Assembly (NCBI GenBank): GCA_021108075.1
Contig: JAIORP010000030.1
Location: forward strand, 133-64,132
DNA length: 64,000 nt
DNA from: Candidatus Omnitrophota bacterium
GTDB lineage: Bacteria; Omnitrophota; Gorgyraeia; Zapsychrales; Zapsychraceae
Direction: 5' to 3'
Below, in pieces: positions 10,637-20,327 of this stretch. Below the pieces are notes generated by a model, which did not search any database, was not told the origin of the DNA, and saw only the letters and a program-made list of their open reading frames with translations. The position numbers and the translations under genes were made by a program. Position 1 is the first letter of the stretch; each line of letters begins with the position of its first letter.

Positions 10637-12010
10637 ATGACTAAACTCTGGGGAAGCCGTTTTGAGCGGGGGACTGATTCTTTGGCAGACCAATTTAGCT
10701 TCAGCATTAGCTATGATCAACAGTTAGCTTTGTACGATGTTATCGGCGGCATAGCCCATGCCCGTATGCTGGGCACGGAAAATATCATTGCTCAGCCGGA
10801 TGCGAATAAGATTGTCAAAGGATTAAAAGAGATTGCGCAAGAAATTGAAGAAGGAAAATTTAAGGTTAACCTTCGTTCAGAAGATATTCATACACATGTT
10901 CAGTCCGTTTTAAAAAATAAAATAGGCACAGCTGCTGATAAGCTGCATACAGCCAGATCGCGGAATGATTTAATCGTATTGGATATGAAATTGTATTGTT
11001 TGGTTGAGTTGACACTTATCATTAATCTTTTAGCCCGCCTGCAAAAATCTATTTTAAAATGCGCACAAGAAAATATTGAGGTTATCATACCGGCTTACAC
11101 CCATTTACAAGCCGCTCAGGTGGTATTAGCCTCGCATCATTTGCTTGCGTACATAGAGATGTTAGAGCGGGATAAAGAGCGACTGTTGGGCGCATTGGAC
11201 CGGACAGATATGATGCCATTGGGTAGTTGTGCCTTGTCGGGAACGTCTTTGCCGATCAACCGTAAGAAAGTCGCGGAGGAACTGGGATTTTCCGGAATTA
11301 CGAATAACAGTATGGATAGTGTTAGTGACCGGGATTTTATCGTTGAAGCGATCGCGAATATGGCCATCATTGTCATGCACACATCACGGATGTCTGAAGA
11401 TTTGATTGTATGGGCGACCAGTGAGTTTAATTTTGTGGATATTGACTGGGTGTATTGTACTGGTTCTTCGATTATGCCGCATAAAAAAAATCCGGATATA
11501 CTAGAACTCATTCGGGGTGAAACAGCAACTGTATATGGTTATCTGCAACAAATATTGGTCTTAAACAAAGGATTGCCATTAACATACAACCGTGATTTGC
11601 AATTAGATAAACCCCCGCTTTTCAACAGTGTTGAGAAAATTAAAGAGATTGTGACCTTGTTGGAACGTGTTTTCGCAACATTGTCTTTTAAGAAAGATGT
11701 TTTATCAAAACGCATTACCGCCGAAGCATTTTTTTCCGTTGATATAATGGAGTATTTGATAGAAAAAGGCGTTTCCTACCGTGACGCGCACGATACGATT
11801 GGACGGATGATAAAGGAGTGTGTCGACAAAGGCAAAAAGATTGCAAGCCTGACGAAAGAAGAATTGCAGGCCTATCATCCGGTTTTTGAGTTGGATGTAA
11901 AGAAGCGCTTAAATCCGTTCACATCAGTCCGTTTAAAGAAATCATTTGGTTCAACGAGTCCTCGCATGGTTAAGAGTCAAATGAAGAGGTGGCAGAAAAA
12001 GATTGGTTAG
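10637..12010 (+). CDS. argH: Argininosuccinate lyase
   Basis: It has the fumarate-lyase family signature GSSIMPHKKNPD and the N-terminus LWGSRF. Confidence 0.9.
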   Translation: MTKLWGSRFERGTDSLADQFSFSISYDQQLALYDVIGGIAHARMLGTENIIAQPDANKIVKGLKEIAQEIEEGKFKVNLRSEDIHTHVQSVLKNKIGTAADKLHTARSRNDLIVLDMKLYCLVELTLIINLLARLQKSILKCAQENIEVIIPAYTHLQAAQVVLASHHLLAYIEMLERDKERLLGALDRTDMMPLGSCALSGTSLPINRKKVAEELGFSGITNNSMDSVSDRDFIVEAIANMAIIVMHTSRMSEDLIVWATSEFNFVDIDWVYCTGSSIMPHKKNPDILELIRGETATVYGYLQQILVLNKGLPLTYNRDLQLDKPPLFNSVEKIKEIVTLLERVFATLSFKKDVLSKRITAEAFFSVDIMEYLIEKGVSYRDAHDTIGRMIKECVDKGKKIASLTKEELQAYHPVFELDVKKRLNPFTSVRLKKSFGSTSPRMVKSQMKRWQKKIG

Positions 12011-12040
12011 GTCCTTATTAAGAAGAAAGGCTGACAAATT

Positions 12041-13297
12041 ATGCATTGTTTTCAGTATAAAAAGAATCAACTGTATTGCGAAAATGTCCGTATCCAGAAA
12101 ATCGCTGATGAATGTGGAACGCCTTTATATATCTATAGCTACCATACCCTGATTGATCATTTCAATAAGATTAAGAACGCGTTTAAGAAAATTAAACCCA
12201 TAATTTGTTTCGCGGCCAAAGCCAATGATAATCTGGCGGTTCTTAAATCTTTAATTGATCAGGGTGCAGGATGTGATATCGTTTCGGAGGGTGAACTGAG
12301 AAAAGCGATGAAAGTTAATGCCGATCCCGCAAAAATTGTATTTGCGTCTGTGGGAAAGACCGATCAAGAAATCGAATTAGCGCTCCGGACAGACATTCTT
12401 TTTTTTAACGTCGAGTCATTACCTGAACTTGAACAAATCAACCGTATTGCCAAATCGATGAAGAAGCGCGCCCGGGCAGCTTTAAGGATTAATCCGGATG
12501 TTGATGCCGCGACACATCAACGGATAACAACAGGAACGTTAAAAAATAAATTTGGGATTGACTTTTCAACAGCCAGAGATATTTTACGCCAACGTGATTG
12601 TTTTTCTTTTGTCCAGATTAATGGTTTGCATATTCACATCGGGTCGCAGATCACAACGCTGGACCCTTATATCTTTTCTATCAAGAAGGTTCTGAAGTTT
12701 CTTGAAGAGTTGAGGAGTGAAAATATTGATATTGAGTATTTTGACCTGGGCGGCGGTTTCGCTATCAATTACAAGGATAGTGACGCTAAAACCGCGGATG
12801 AAATAGCTGAAGCGATTGTTCCGTTGCTGCAAGAAACCGGTCTGAAGATTATTTTAGAGCCGGGGCGTTTTATTGCCGGAAATGCCGGTGTTTTTGTGAC
12901 AAAGGTTCTTTATCTGAAAGATAATGGTTTTAAGAAATTTCTTATTGTTGACGGGGGGATGAATGATTTGATCCGTCCGACATTATATGACGCTTATCAT
13001 GAAATTGTTCCGGTTCAACGGACCACAGCAGAAAGTGTAAAGGTCGATGTTGTTGGACCTATTTGTGAGAGTGGAGATTACTTTGCGAAAGACAGGATCT
13101 TACAAGGCATGAAAAAGAATGAATTCATGGCCATTATGAGCGCCGGGGCGTATGGTTATGTCATGTCCAGCAATTACAATGTCAGAGGCCGGCCGGCAGA
13201 GGTTATGGTCAAAGGGAACAAGTTTGAAGTGATCAAAGAACGGGAAACATTTAAGGATTTGATCCGGGGTGAAAGAGTCCCGAGCTTTTTGTCCTGA
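12041..13297 (+). CDS. lysA: Diaminopimelate decarboxylase
   Basis: It has the Orn/DAP/Arg decarboxylase fold, with the PLP-binding lysine in CFAAKAN, the region HIGSQ and EPGRFIAGNAG. Confidence 0.85.
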   Translation: MHCFQYKKNQLYCENVRIQKIADECGTPLYIYSYHTLIDHFNKIKNAFKKIKPIICFAAKANDNLAVLKSLIDQGAGCDIVSEGELRKAMKVNADPAKIVFASVGKTDQEIELALRTDILFFNVESLPELEQINRIAKSMKKRARAALRINPDVDAATHQRITTGTLKNKFGIDFSTARDILRQRDCFSFVQINGLHIHIGSQITTLDPYIFSIKKVLKFLEELRSENIDIEYFDLGGGFAINYKDSDAKTADEIAEAIVPLLQETGLKIILEPGRFIAGNAGVFVTKVLYLKDNGFKKFLIVDGGMNDLIRPTLYDAYHEIVPVQRTTAESVKVDVVGPICESGDYFAKDRILQGMKKNEFMAIMSAGAYGYVMSSNYNVRGRPAEVMVKGNKFEVIKERETFKDLIRGERVPSFLS

Positions 13298-13378
13298 TAA
13301 CGTTTCTTGTCGGGCCGGTTGTTCTCTGCCCGATTGAAGATTTTTTTGTAATATCCTGAATATTGAGGAAGGGACGCA

Positions 13379-14206
13379 ATGAATAAGAAACTTGCTTTTT
13401 GCAAAATGGTAGGGGCCGGGAATGATTTTATTATTCTTGATCATCCCGCTCGGATGAATTTCAAGAAGCTCGCTCCTGTTATGTGTGATCGAACCAACGG
13501 TATCGGCGCGGACGGATTGCTGGTGCTGTCGCCATCACGAAAGACAGATTTTCGAATGCGTATCATTAATGCGGATGGGTCTGAAGCTGAGATGTGTGGC
13601 AATGGCGCAAGATGCATGGCCGCTTATATCGTTCGATATAAAAAACCTAAACAGAAGTTGTTTGGGGTCGAAACCATCGCCGGGCTTATTATGAGTGAAG
13701 CGAAAGGACAAATCGCGAATGTCCATCTTAGTGACCCTCTGGGTTACAAGGAGAGCATCAAGCTTAAAATTAATAAGCGCGTAATGCATTTGAGCTATAT
13801 TGACACAGGTGTGCCGCATGTGATTGTCTTTGTGGACAGCCTGATGCAAATCCCTGTCAATGTTATTGGTGAGCAAATCCGCTACCATAAAAATTTTTCT
13901 CCTAGAGGAACGAATGTGAATTTTGTTGAGCAATTATTGGATGATTTAGTAGCTGTCCGGACATATGAGCGCGGGGTCGAAGGTGAAACAAAGGCCTGTG
14001 GGACTGGCAGCGTTGCGGCTGCGCTTGTCAATTATTTGAAAGGATATGCGGCAGGGCGGGATAAGAAGAAGGCGAAGATGAAAGTCCTGACACAAAGCGG
14101 TGAAACATTATTCGTAACTTTTGATGTTATTAATGGTCAACCCAAAAATGTTTGGTTGAAAGGCAGCGCTAAATTCATTGCTAAAGGCGAATATTTTATA
14201 AAATAA
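13379..14206 (+). CDS. dapF: Diaminopimelate epimerase
   Basis: It has both catalytic Cys motifs (MCGNGARC and ACGTGSVAA) and the N-terminus KMVGAGNDFIILD. Confidence 0.88.
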   Translation: MNKKLAFCKMVGAGNDFIILDHPARMNFKKLAPVMCDRTNGIGADGLLVLSPSRKTDFRMRIINADGSEAEMCGNGARCMAAYIVRYKKPKQKLFGVETIAGLIMSEAKGQIANVHLSDPLGYKESIKLKINKRVMHLSYIDTGVPHVIVFVDSLMQIPVNVIGEQIRYHKNFSPRGTNVNFVEQLLDDLVAVRTYERGVEGETKACGTGSVAAALVNYLKGYAAGRDKKKAKMKVLTQSGETLFVTFDVINGQPKNVWLKGSAKFIAKGEYFIK

Positions 14207-14242
14207 TGATTAATGAAAGCATCAAATAAAAAGGAGTCTGTT

Positions 14243-15133
14243 ATGTTTAGAGGATCTATTGTCGCGTTAGTTACTCCGTTCAAGGATGGAAAGATTGATG
14301 ACGCTAAAATAAAAGAGCTTGTTCAATTTCATCTTGATCATGGTACCAACGGCATTCTACCCTGTGGGACAACGGGGGAATCCCCGACATTATCTCATGA
14401 TGAACATAAACGCGTTGTTGAGCTTTGTATAGAGGTGGCAGGGGGCAAGGTGCCGATCTTGGCAGGCACTGGATCAAATTCTACTTCAGAGGCGGTCGCC
14501 TTGACAAAACACGCGGCCAGGGCCGGGGCTGATGCGGCTTTAGTTGTGACTCCTTATTACAACAAGCCGATGCAGGAAGGATTGTATCAGCATTTTAAGG
14601 CCATTGCTGATAATGTTGATATTCCGATCATTCTTTACAATATCGTCGGGCGTACGGCTCGCAACATCGAGACTGAGACTGTGGTTCGTTTGGCGAATGA
14701 TTGCAAAAATATCATTGGTGTTAAAGAAGCCTCAGGTTCATTAGATCAAATGCAGGCCGTTAAGCTCTATTGCCCTGAGGGGTTCATTTTGTTATCAGGC
14801 GATGACGCGTTAACCCTGCCATTATTAAGCATTGGGGGCCAGGGCGTGGTTTCTGTGGTTGCGAATATCATCCCCGACCAGACCGCGAAGTTGGTCAATC
14901 TTTTTGACGCAGGTAGGATTGAGGAAGCCAGGACATTGCATTTTAAGATGTTGCCATTGGTCAAAGCCATGTTTCTGGAAACCAATCCGATTCCTGTTAA
15001 GACGGCTATGGGACTGTTAGGTCTTTGTGATGACACGTTAAGATTACCATTAACGAGTATGAGTGATAGCGATAAGGTTAAATTGCAATCGGCCATCAAA
15101 GCTTATGGTTTGGTTGAGAAAACTTTAGTGTGA
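14243..15133 (+). CDS. dapA: 4-hydroxy-tetrahydrodipicolinate synthase
   Basis: It has the N-terminus GSIVALVTPF, and GTTGESPTLS. The start is set at MFRG with AAGGAG upstream. Confidence 0.85.
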   Translation: MFRGSIVALVTPFKDGKIDDAKIKELVQFHLDHGTNGILPCGTTGESPTLSHDEHKRVVELCIEVAGGKVPILAGTGSNSTSEAVALTKHAARAGADAALVVTPYYNKPMQEGLYQHFKAIADNVDIPIILYNIVGRTARNIETETVVRLANDCKNIIGVKEASGSLDQMQAVKLYCPEGFILLSGDDALTLPLLSIGGQGVVSVVANIIPDQTAKLVNLFDAGRIEEARTLHFKMLPLVKAMFLETNPIPVKTAMGLLGLCDDTLRLPLTSMSDSDKVKLQSAIKAYGLVEKTLV

Positions 15134-15229
15134 AAATGACGATTTTTTTGATCCCGCTCGATGCCTGTTCAGGGAAAAAAGACATGAGGCGGTAACGGGA
15201 TGTTTAAAAAATTAAAAAGGAATAAAAAA

Positions 15230-15952
15230 ATGATTAAGTTAGCTGTGACGGGTGCCCGGGGGAGAATGGGGCAAAGAATAACACTCTTGGCCTTAAAAGA
15301 TGATTGTTTCACGATTGAGGCATTATTGGAACGTCCGGATCATCCTGAAATCAATGCCAAGATGCAGGGGATCGGTCTTCAGACAGATATAGCTACGGCC
15401 ATTAAGGCTGCTGACGTTTTGATCGATTTTACATCGCCTGATTCGACCATGAAAAATATCGAGCATTGTTGCGCCGCTAACGTCAAGCTGGTTATCGGTA
15501 CGACCGGTCTTACAGCTGAACAGTCAAAGACGATTAATGCCGCCGGGGCGAAAATCCCTGTCGTTTTTTCATCCAATATGTCCGTCGGAGTTAATTTGTT
15601 GTTTAAGCTGACCCAGGTGGCCGCGATGACGACGAAGGATCAATATAAGATGTCCCTCACAGAAGCTCACCATGTGCATAAAAAGGATGCTCCTTCCGGA
15701 ACGGCAAAAACATTGGCCCGGTTGGCCGAAGCCGCGTCCCGATCTGCGGTTGAGAAGATTGATTCTCTTCGAGAAGGCGAGATCATCGGAGATCATAGCA
15801 TTGTTTTTGAGAGTCCGGAAGATATTATCACAATTTCGCATCATGCCAAGACGCGGGATATTTTTGCTAAGGGGGCTCTTGTCGCCGCGAAATTTTTAGA
15901 AGATAAAAGTTCAGGTATTTATACGATGCAAGATGTTTTGGGTCTCATTTAA
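15230..15952 (+). CDS. dapB: 4-hydroxy-tetrahydrodipicolinate reductase
   Basis: It has the N-terminal NAD-binding stretch MIKLAVTGARGRMGQ and the motif EAHHVHKKDAPSGTA. Confidence 0.85.
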   Translation: MIKLAVTGARGRMGQRITLLALKDDCFTIEALLERPDHPEINAKMQGIGLQTDIATAIKAADVLIDFTSPDSTMKNIEHCCAANVKLVIGTTGLTAEQSKTINAAGAKIPVVFSSNMSVGVNLLFKLTQVAAMTTKDQYKMSLTEAHHVHKKDAPSGTAKTLARLAEAASRSAVEKIDSLREGEIIGDHSIVFESPEDIITISHHAKTRDIFAKGALVAAKFLEDKSSGIYTMQDVLGLI

Positions 15953-16057
15953 ATAAATTTCAAGCCTGTGGTTGTCAATATGTGTTTGAAGTTTTAAAGC
16001 GATACATGCCTTGACGAACACGTATGATAATTTCAAATAGAATAGAAAGGAATGGGT

Positions 16058-17224
16058 ATGTCTTTTAATATTGAATTCTCCGATAGATTAAAAAAATTAC
16101 CGCCATATCTCTTTATTGAGATTGAAAAAGCTAAGCGCGAAGCGCTTGCCGATGGCCGTGATGTGATTAATTTAGGCGTGGGGGATCCTGATATTCCGAC
16201 GCCACAACACATTATAGATGCCATGAAAGAAGCTGTTCAGGACCCGAATAATCACCACTATGCGTTGGATGCCGGTTTGGCGGCGCTAAGATCGGAGATC
16301 GCGAACTGGTTTGGGCAACGTTTTTCCGTTTCCCTGAATCCGGAAACAGAAATTTATCCGGTCCTGGGATCCAAAGAAGGGTTAGCGCATTTGCCCTTAG
16401 GTATCATTAATCCGAAAGATAAGATCCTTCTGACAGATCCTGCTTATCCTGCCTACCGTCCGACGATCACGTTTGCCGGAGGCCGAATCATGAATGTTCC
16501 TATGAAAGCGGGCAACGCCTTTTTGCCGAATATTTCAAAAATAGCCGAGTATAAGGATATCAAAATGCTGGTCATCAATTATCCTAATAATCCGACGGCG
16601 GCAACGGCGACCAAAGAATTTTATCAAGACCTTGTTGATCTGGCCAAAGAGAAGGGTTTTATTATTTGTTCGGATATGGCGTATTCAGAGGTGTATTTTG
16701 ACGGAGAAAAGCCGCCGAGTATTTTAGAAATTGACGGTGCCAGAGAGGTCGCGATAGAATTTCATTCTTTTTCAAAAACATATGCCATGACGGGCTGGCG
16801 AATCGGCTGGGCGTGTGGTAACGAAACTTTAGTTGCGGCTTTAGCTAAAGTTAAGTCAAATTATGACTCTGGAATTTTTCAGGCTGTCCAATGCGCGGGG
16901 ATCGCCGCCCTTAAAACAGATCCGGTCATATTGGATGATATGCGCGGTTTGTTCCAGGATCGCCGTGATTATCTGATTAATGGTCTCAGATCCATCGGGT
17001 GGAAGATTCCTTCGCCTAAAGCGGCTTTTTACGTTTGGGCTAAGATCCCGAAGGGCTTTAAGGATTCAATGGAAACAGCCCGAATTTTTTTAGATAAGGC
17101 TGATATCGTCATAACTCCGGGAGTCGGGTTTGGCCCTGAGGGTGAAGGCTATATCCGTATGGCCTTGACTGTTCCCGTTGACCGTATCAATGAAGCTGTT
17201 GGCCGTATAGCTAAGATATTGTAA
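16058..17224 (+). CDS. dapL: LL-diaminopimelate aminotransferase (DapL-type class I aminotransferase)
   Basis: It has the N-terminus RLKKLPPYLFIEIEKAK...VINLGVGDPDIPTP characteristic of DapL. Its genomic context is lysA-dapF-dapA-dapB, with no dapD, dapC or dapE. An alternative start at 16052 is possible. Confidence 0.6.
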   Translation: MSFNIEFSDRLKKLPPYLFIEIEKAKREALADGRDVINLGVGDPDIPTPQHIIDAMKEAVQDPNNHHYALDAGLAALRSEIANWFGQRFSVSLNPETEIYPVLGSKEGLAHLPLGIINPKDKILLTDPAYPAYRPTITFAGGRIMNVPMKAGNAFLPNISKIAEYKDIKMLVINYPNNPTAATATKEFYQDLVDLAKEKGFIICSDMAYSEVYFDGEKPPSILEIDGAREVAIEFHSFSKTYAMTGWRIGWACGNETLVAALAKVKSNYDSGIFQAVQCAGIAALKTDPVILDDMRGLFQDRRDYLINGLRSIGWKIPSPKAAFYVWAKIPKGFKDSMETARIFLDKADIVITPGVGFGPEGEGYIRMALTVPVDRINEAVGRIAKIL

Positions 17225-17227
17225 CTT

Positions 17228-17331
17228 ATACCAATTCCATTAAATAATTTTCAAAACCGATTCTGTTTTTTTCGACGTTTAAGCAAGAATATCAGAATTG
17301 AAATAGAACAATTAATGAATGGGTTTGGTAT
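17228..17331. repeat. Palindromic intergenic repeat element, copy A (about 100 bp, with an imperfect 21-nt terminal inverted repeat)
   Basis: ATACCAATTCCATTAAATAAT ... ATAGAACAATTAATGAATGGGTTTGGTAT, with an inner hairpin GATTCTG/CAGAAT. A second copy lies at 25857-25939. Confidence 0.7.
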
Positions 17332-17354
17332 TAGTTGATTTTGAGGAGTACATT

Positions 17355-17777
17355 TTGGCAATCGTATTTATTGCTTTTGGATCCAACTCAGGTAATCGAC
17401 GAAATTATATCTCTCAAGCATTAAATAGCATGGAGGAACTTGGGATTGAGCTCCTTCAGGTTTCCTCTTTTCATGAAACAGAACCTGTCGGTGGCCCCTC
17501 TGGTCAGATGAAATATCTTAACGGCGTTGCCAAAGTGAAGACATCATTAACGCCTGTTCTATTTTTGGACCGACTGCAGCAGATTGAAAAGAATTTAGGC
17601 CGTGAACGGAGTGTTCCTGACGCTCCGCGAACTATCGATCTGGATATCCTGTTATATGATGACTTGAAAGTGCAGACAGATCGTCTAACCATCCCCCATC
17701 CTCGCATGTGGCAACGCACGTTTGTCCTGAACCCTCTGGAAGAAATAGCCCCTGAAATTGTAGAAGGAGGTCCTTGA
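17355..17777 (+). CDS. folK: 2-amino-4-hydroxy-6-hydroxymethyldihydropteridine pyrophosphokinase (HPPK)
   Basis: It has the HPPK core ...IAFGSNSGNR...ETEPVGGP...RTIDLDILLY...PHPRMWQRTFVL. The ORF-track ATG at 17319 lies inside the repeat element. A likely TTG start at 17355 has GAGGAG 7 nt upstream. Confidence 0.75.
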   Translation: MAIVFIAFGSNSGNRRNYISQALNSMEELGIELLQVSSFHETEPVGGPSGQMKYLNGVAKVKTSLTPVLFLDRLQQIEKNLGRERSVPDAPRTIDLDILLYDDLKVQTDRLTIPHPRMWQRTFVLNPLEEIAPEIVEGGP

Positions 17778-18640
17778 TGCTGATCATAAAAAATATTAAA
17801 TCGATTAATAGCAAAATAAATAGTTTGAAACGTTCCGGAAGGTCAATTGGTTTTGTGCCGACGATGGGGGCATTGCACGAAGGTCATTTATCTATCATGC
17901 GAAGAGCTCGTCGACAAAACGACATTGTTGTTGTGAGCGTTTTTGTAAATCCGAAACAGTTCGGCCTGAATGAGGATTTTGCCCGATATCCCCGTCAAGA
18001 AAAAAAAGATCATTTGTTGGCAAAAAAAGAAAAAGTTGATATAATATTTTATCCGTCGATAGAAGAAATCTATCCGACCAGATATTTGACATACATTAAC
18101 GTTGAAGGTATCAGCCGCATTCTTTGTGGTCATGACCGCCCCGTCCATTTTAAAGGGGTAACGACAATCGTCGGAAAGTTGTTGAATCTTGTCCGTCCGG
18201 ATAATCTTTACCTCGGACAAAAAGATGCTCAACAAGTGATCGTATTAAGAAAAATGATTGTTGATTTGAACTTTCCGGTCAAAGTTCGTGTTTGTCCGAT
18301 TGTCCGTGAACCGGATGGTTTGGCCCTGAGTTCGCGCAATAAATATTTAACAAATCAACAACGTCTTGAATCACCGGTTTTGTTTCAGGCTTTAAAAAAA
18401 GCGAAAATCAAAGCCTTGAAAGAAAACGTTTCTGTTAAAGGTGTCCTCAACCTAATGAAATCAAATATAACAAAAAATAGTTCTGGTTCTATTGATTATA
18501 TTGCATGTGTTGATGCTGATTCATTAGTCCCGCTCGACGTCATTAAAGGTCGGGTGATGATCGCATTAGCCGTGAAGTTTGGTAAAACCAGGCTGATTGA
18601 TAATATCGTTTTTAGAAAAGACGATGGCAAAAAAAAATAA
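17774..18640 (+). CDS. panC: Pantoate--beta-alanine ligase
   Basis: It has the motifs GFVPTMGALHEGHLSIM and ...GKTRL. Confidence 0.85.
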   Translation: MMLIIKNIKSINSKINSLKRSGRSIGFVPTMGALHEGHLSIMRRARRQNDIVVVSVFVNPKQFGLNEDFARYPRQEKKDHLLAKKEKVDIIFYPSIEEIYPTRYLTYINVEGISRILCGHDRPVHFKGVTTIVGKLLNLVRPDNLYLGQKDAQQVIVLRKMIVDLNFPVKVRVCPIVREPDGLALSSRNKYLTNQQRLESPVLFQALKKAKIKALKENVSVKGVLNLMKSNITKNSSGSIDYIACVDADSLVPLDVIKGRVMIALAVKFGKTRLIDNIVFRKDDGKKK

Positions 18641-19448
18641 TTGGAAAATTGGTGTTCTTGGGTGCGGCGCTGTTGGTTCTCGTCTGGCAAATTTTGTCAC
18701 AACGGGACTTAAGAGTCCATGCCGTTTAACGGCCCTTTATGACGTCGATGTGGACCGTGCGAAATCCCTGGCTAAGAAATTAGCGATTCCTCATGCTGTC
18801 TGCCCTTCATTTTCTGCTTTCTTAAAGAAATCGAATTTTATTATTGAAGCCGTCAATGCTAACAATGCGCGTGCTCTCATTGAGAAGATATTAATAGCTA
18901 AAAAACATTTGCTCGTCATGAGTGTCGGGCAAATGCTTCATTCAAAAAAAATATTTGATATTGTAGAACAAAATCAACTGTCTTTATTAGTTCCTTCCGG
19001 TGCTATCGCCGGGGTTGACGCGCTAAAATCAGCGAGTCATAAGCAGATCGAACGGATCACCTTAACAACACGGAAACCACCAAAAGGATTGGCGGGTAAT
19101 CCCTACTTTGAGCAAAAAGGAATTGATTTAACAAAAATAAAGAAGGAGACAGTTGTTTTTGACGGCAATGTCAAACAGGCGGTTAAAAATTTCCCGAGGA
19201 ATATAAACGTTGCGGCAACAATCGCGTTGGCTTCACGGAAGCCAGCCAGGATGAGAGTCCGTATTATTACCTCGCCAGAGTTCAAAACAAATTCTCATGA
19301 GCTTGAAGTTGTTGGAGATTTCGGTCGTTTTGTAACACGGACGGAAAATGTCGCTTGTCCGGATAATCCCAAAACAAGCTATTTAGCGGTTTTGTCCGGA
19401 ATGCAAACATTAAAACAGTTTTTTGAAAATAGCTATTTAGGAACGTAA
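18627..19448 (+). CDS. L-aspartate dehydrogenase-like (NadX family) NAD(P)-binding protein
   Basis: It has the N-terminal Rossmann motif KIGVLGCGAVG and an aspartate-DH-type C-terminal domain. Its start overlaps the panC end. Confidence 0.5.
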   Translation, partial: AKKNNWKIGVLGCGAVGSRLANFVTTGLKSPCRLTALYDVDVDRAKSLAKKLAIPHAVCPSFSAFLKKSNFIIEAVNANNARALIEKILIAKKHLLVMSVGQMLHSKKIFDIVEQNQLSLLVPSGAIAGVDALKSASHKQIERITLTTRKPPKGLAGNPYFEQKGIDLTKIKKETVVFDGNVKQAVKNFPRNINVAATIALASRKPARMRVRIITSPEFKTNSHELEVVGDFGRFVTRTENVACPDNPKTSYLAVLSGMQTLKQFFENSYLGT

Positions 19449-19641
19449 ATGGATCTGTGGATAAAGACGGTTTCGATGATCCCTTGATGTAATAACCGTG
19501 TGAGTATGCTCGATTGATTGAGTGTATCTTGAATTCTGTCGGGGCCTTAGAGTTTGCTTCGCCTGCTTGTACTCTGGGACGACGTTCAGATTTTGATCAC
19601 ATCTACTGATTTAAATAAGTGAATAGAAAGGAGGTGAATTC

Positions 19642-20058
19642 ATGGCTAAAAAGGTTGCCAAAGTCGGTGTAAAGAAAGAAGCTGGTTTCTTGTACTTCGT
19701 TGACAAGGATGGTGATATTTCTTGTGCAAAGATGGCGCGCGGCAATAAAAAAGGGGGAAAACCTAAAAAAGCAGCTAAGGTTGGAATCACTAAGGAGTCA
19801 GGTTTACTGTACTTTATAGACAAAGATGGTGATATCTCCTGCGCAAAAATGGTTCGTGGCGGTAAGAAAAAGAAAAAAGCTGCTAAGAAAAAAACAGCCA
19901 AAAAGACAGTTGTTAAGAAAAAAGTTGCCAAGAAAAAAGTAGTCAAGAAAAAAGCAGCCAAGAAGAAAGTCGTTAAGAAAAAGGTTGTAAAAAAGAAAGC
20001 AGCAAAGAAAAAAGTCGTTAAGAAAAAACCAGCTAAGAAAAAAGCTAAAAAGAAATAG
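19642..20058 (+). CDS. Lysine-rich histone H1-like protein with a tandemly duplicated roughly 30-aa N-terminal module
   Basis: The module KVGVKKEAGFLYFVDKDGDISCAKMARG occurs twice. It is followed by a (V/A)KKK(V/A)(V/A)KK tail encoded by tandem 24-nt repeats. A strong AAGGAGG site and a downstream terminator are present. Confidence 0.6.
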   Translation: MAKKVAKVGVKKEAGFLYFVDKDGDISCAKMARGNKKGGKPKKAAKVGITKESGLLYFIDKDGDISCAKMVRGGKKKKKAAKKKTAKKTVVKKKVAKKKVVKKKAAKKKVVKKKVVKKKAAKKKVVKKKPAKKKAKKK

Positions 20059-20082
20059 TAGTATAACGACTGCTAGAAAAGA

Positions 20083-20121
20083 ATGGTCCTTATCCTTAAT
20101 TTGAATGAGGGCCATTTTTTT
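20083..20121 (+). terminator. Rho-independent terminator after the lysine-rich gene
   Basis: The stem AATGGTCCT...AGGGCCATT is followed by T7. Confidence 0.5.
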
Positions 20122-20327
20122 ATGCCGGAGGACTGCCTGCGGTTTTTCCCCAGTGACGGATATATTGTTTATTCCGACCTGTTTGTTGATATGTTGCACG
20201 GAATATGATTTGACTTTTGAGGTGAGAGCGATTATTCTGTAGTCACCTTTTTAAGAATATTACCCTCTACGATGATGACAGTTAACCGTAAGATATCAGA
20301 CTGTTTCACGACTAATTTAACAATATC

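Noticed and set aside
19611-20199. Two minus-strand ORFs (116 and 131 aa) rich in Phe and Leu, overlapping the lysine-rich gene
   Set aside because: They are artefacts of the AAG/AAA-rich repeats read on the opposite strand. The sense-strand gene has a strong ribosome-binding site and a terminator.
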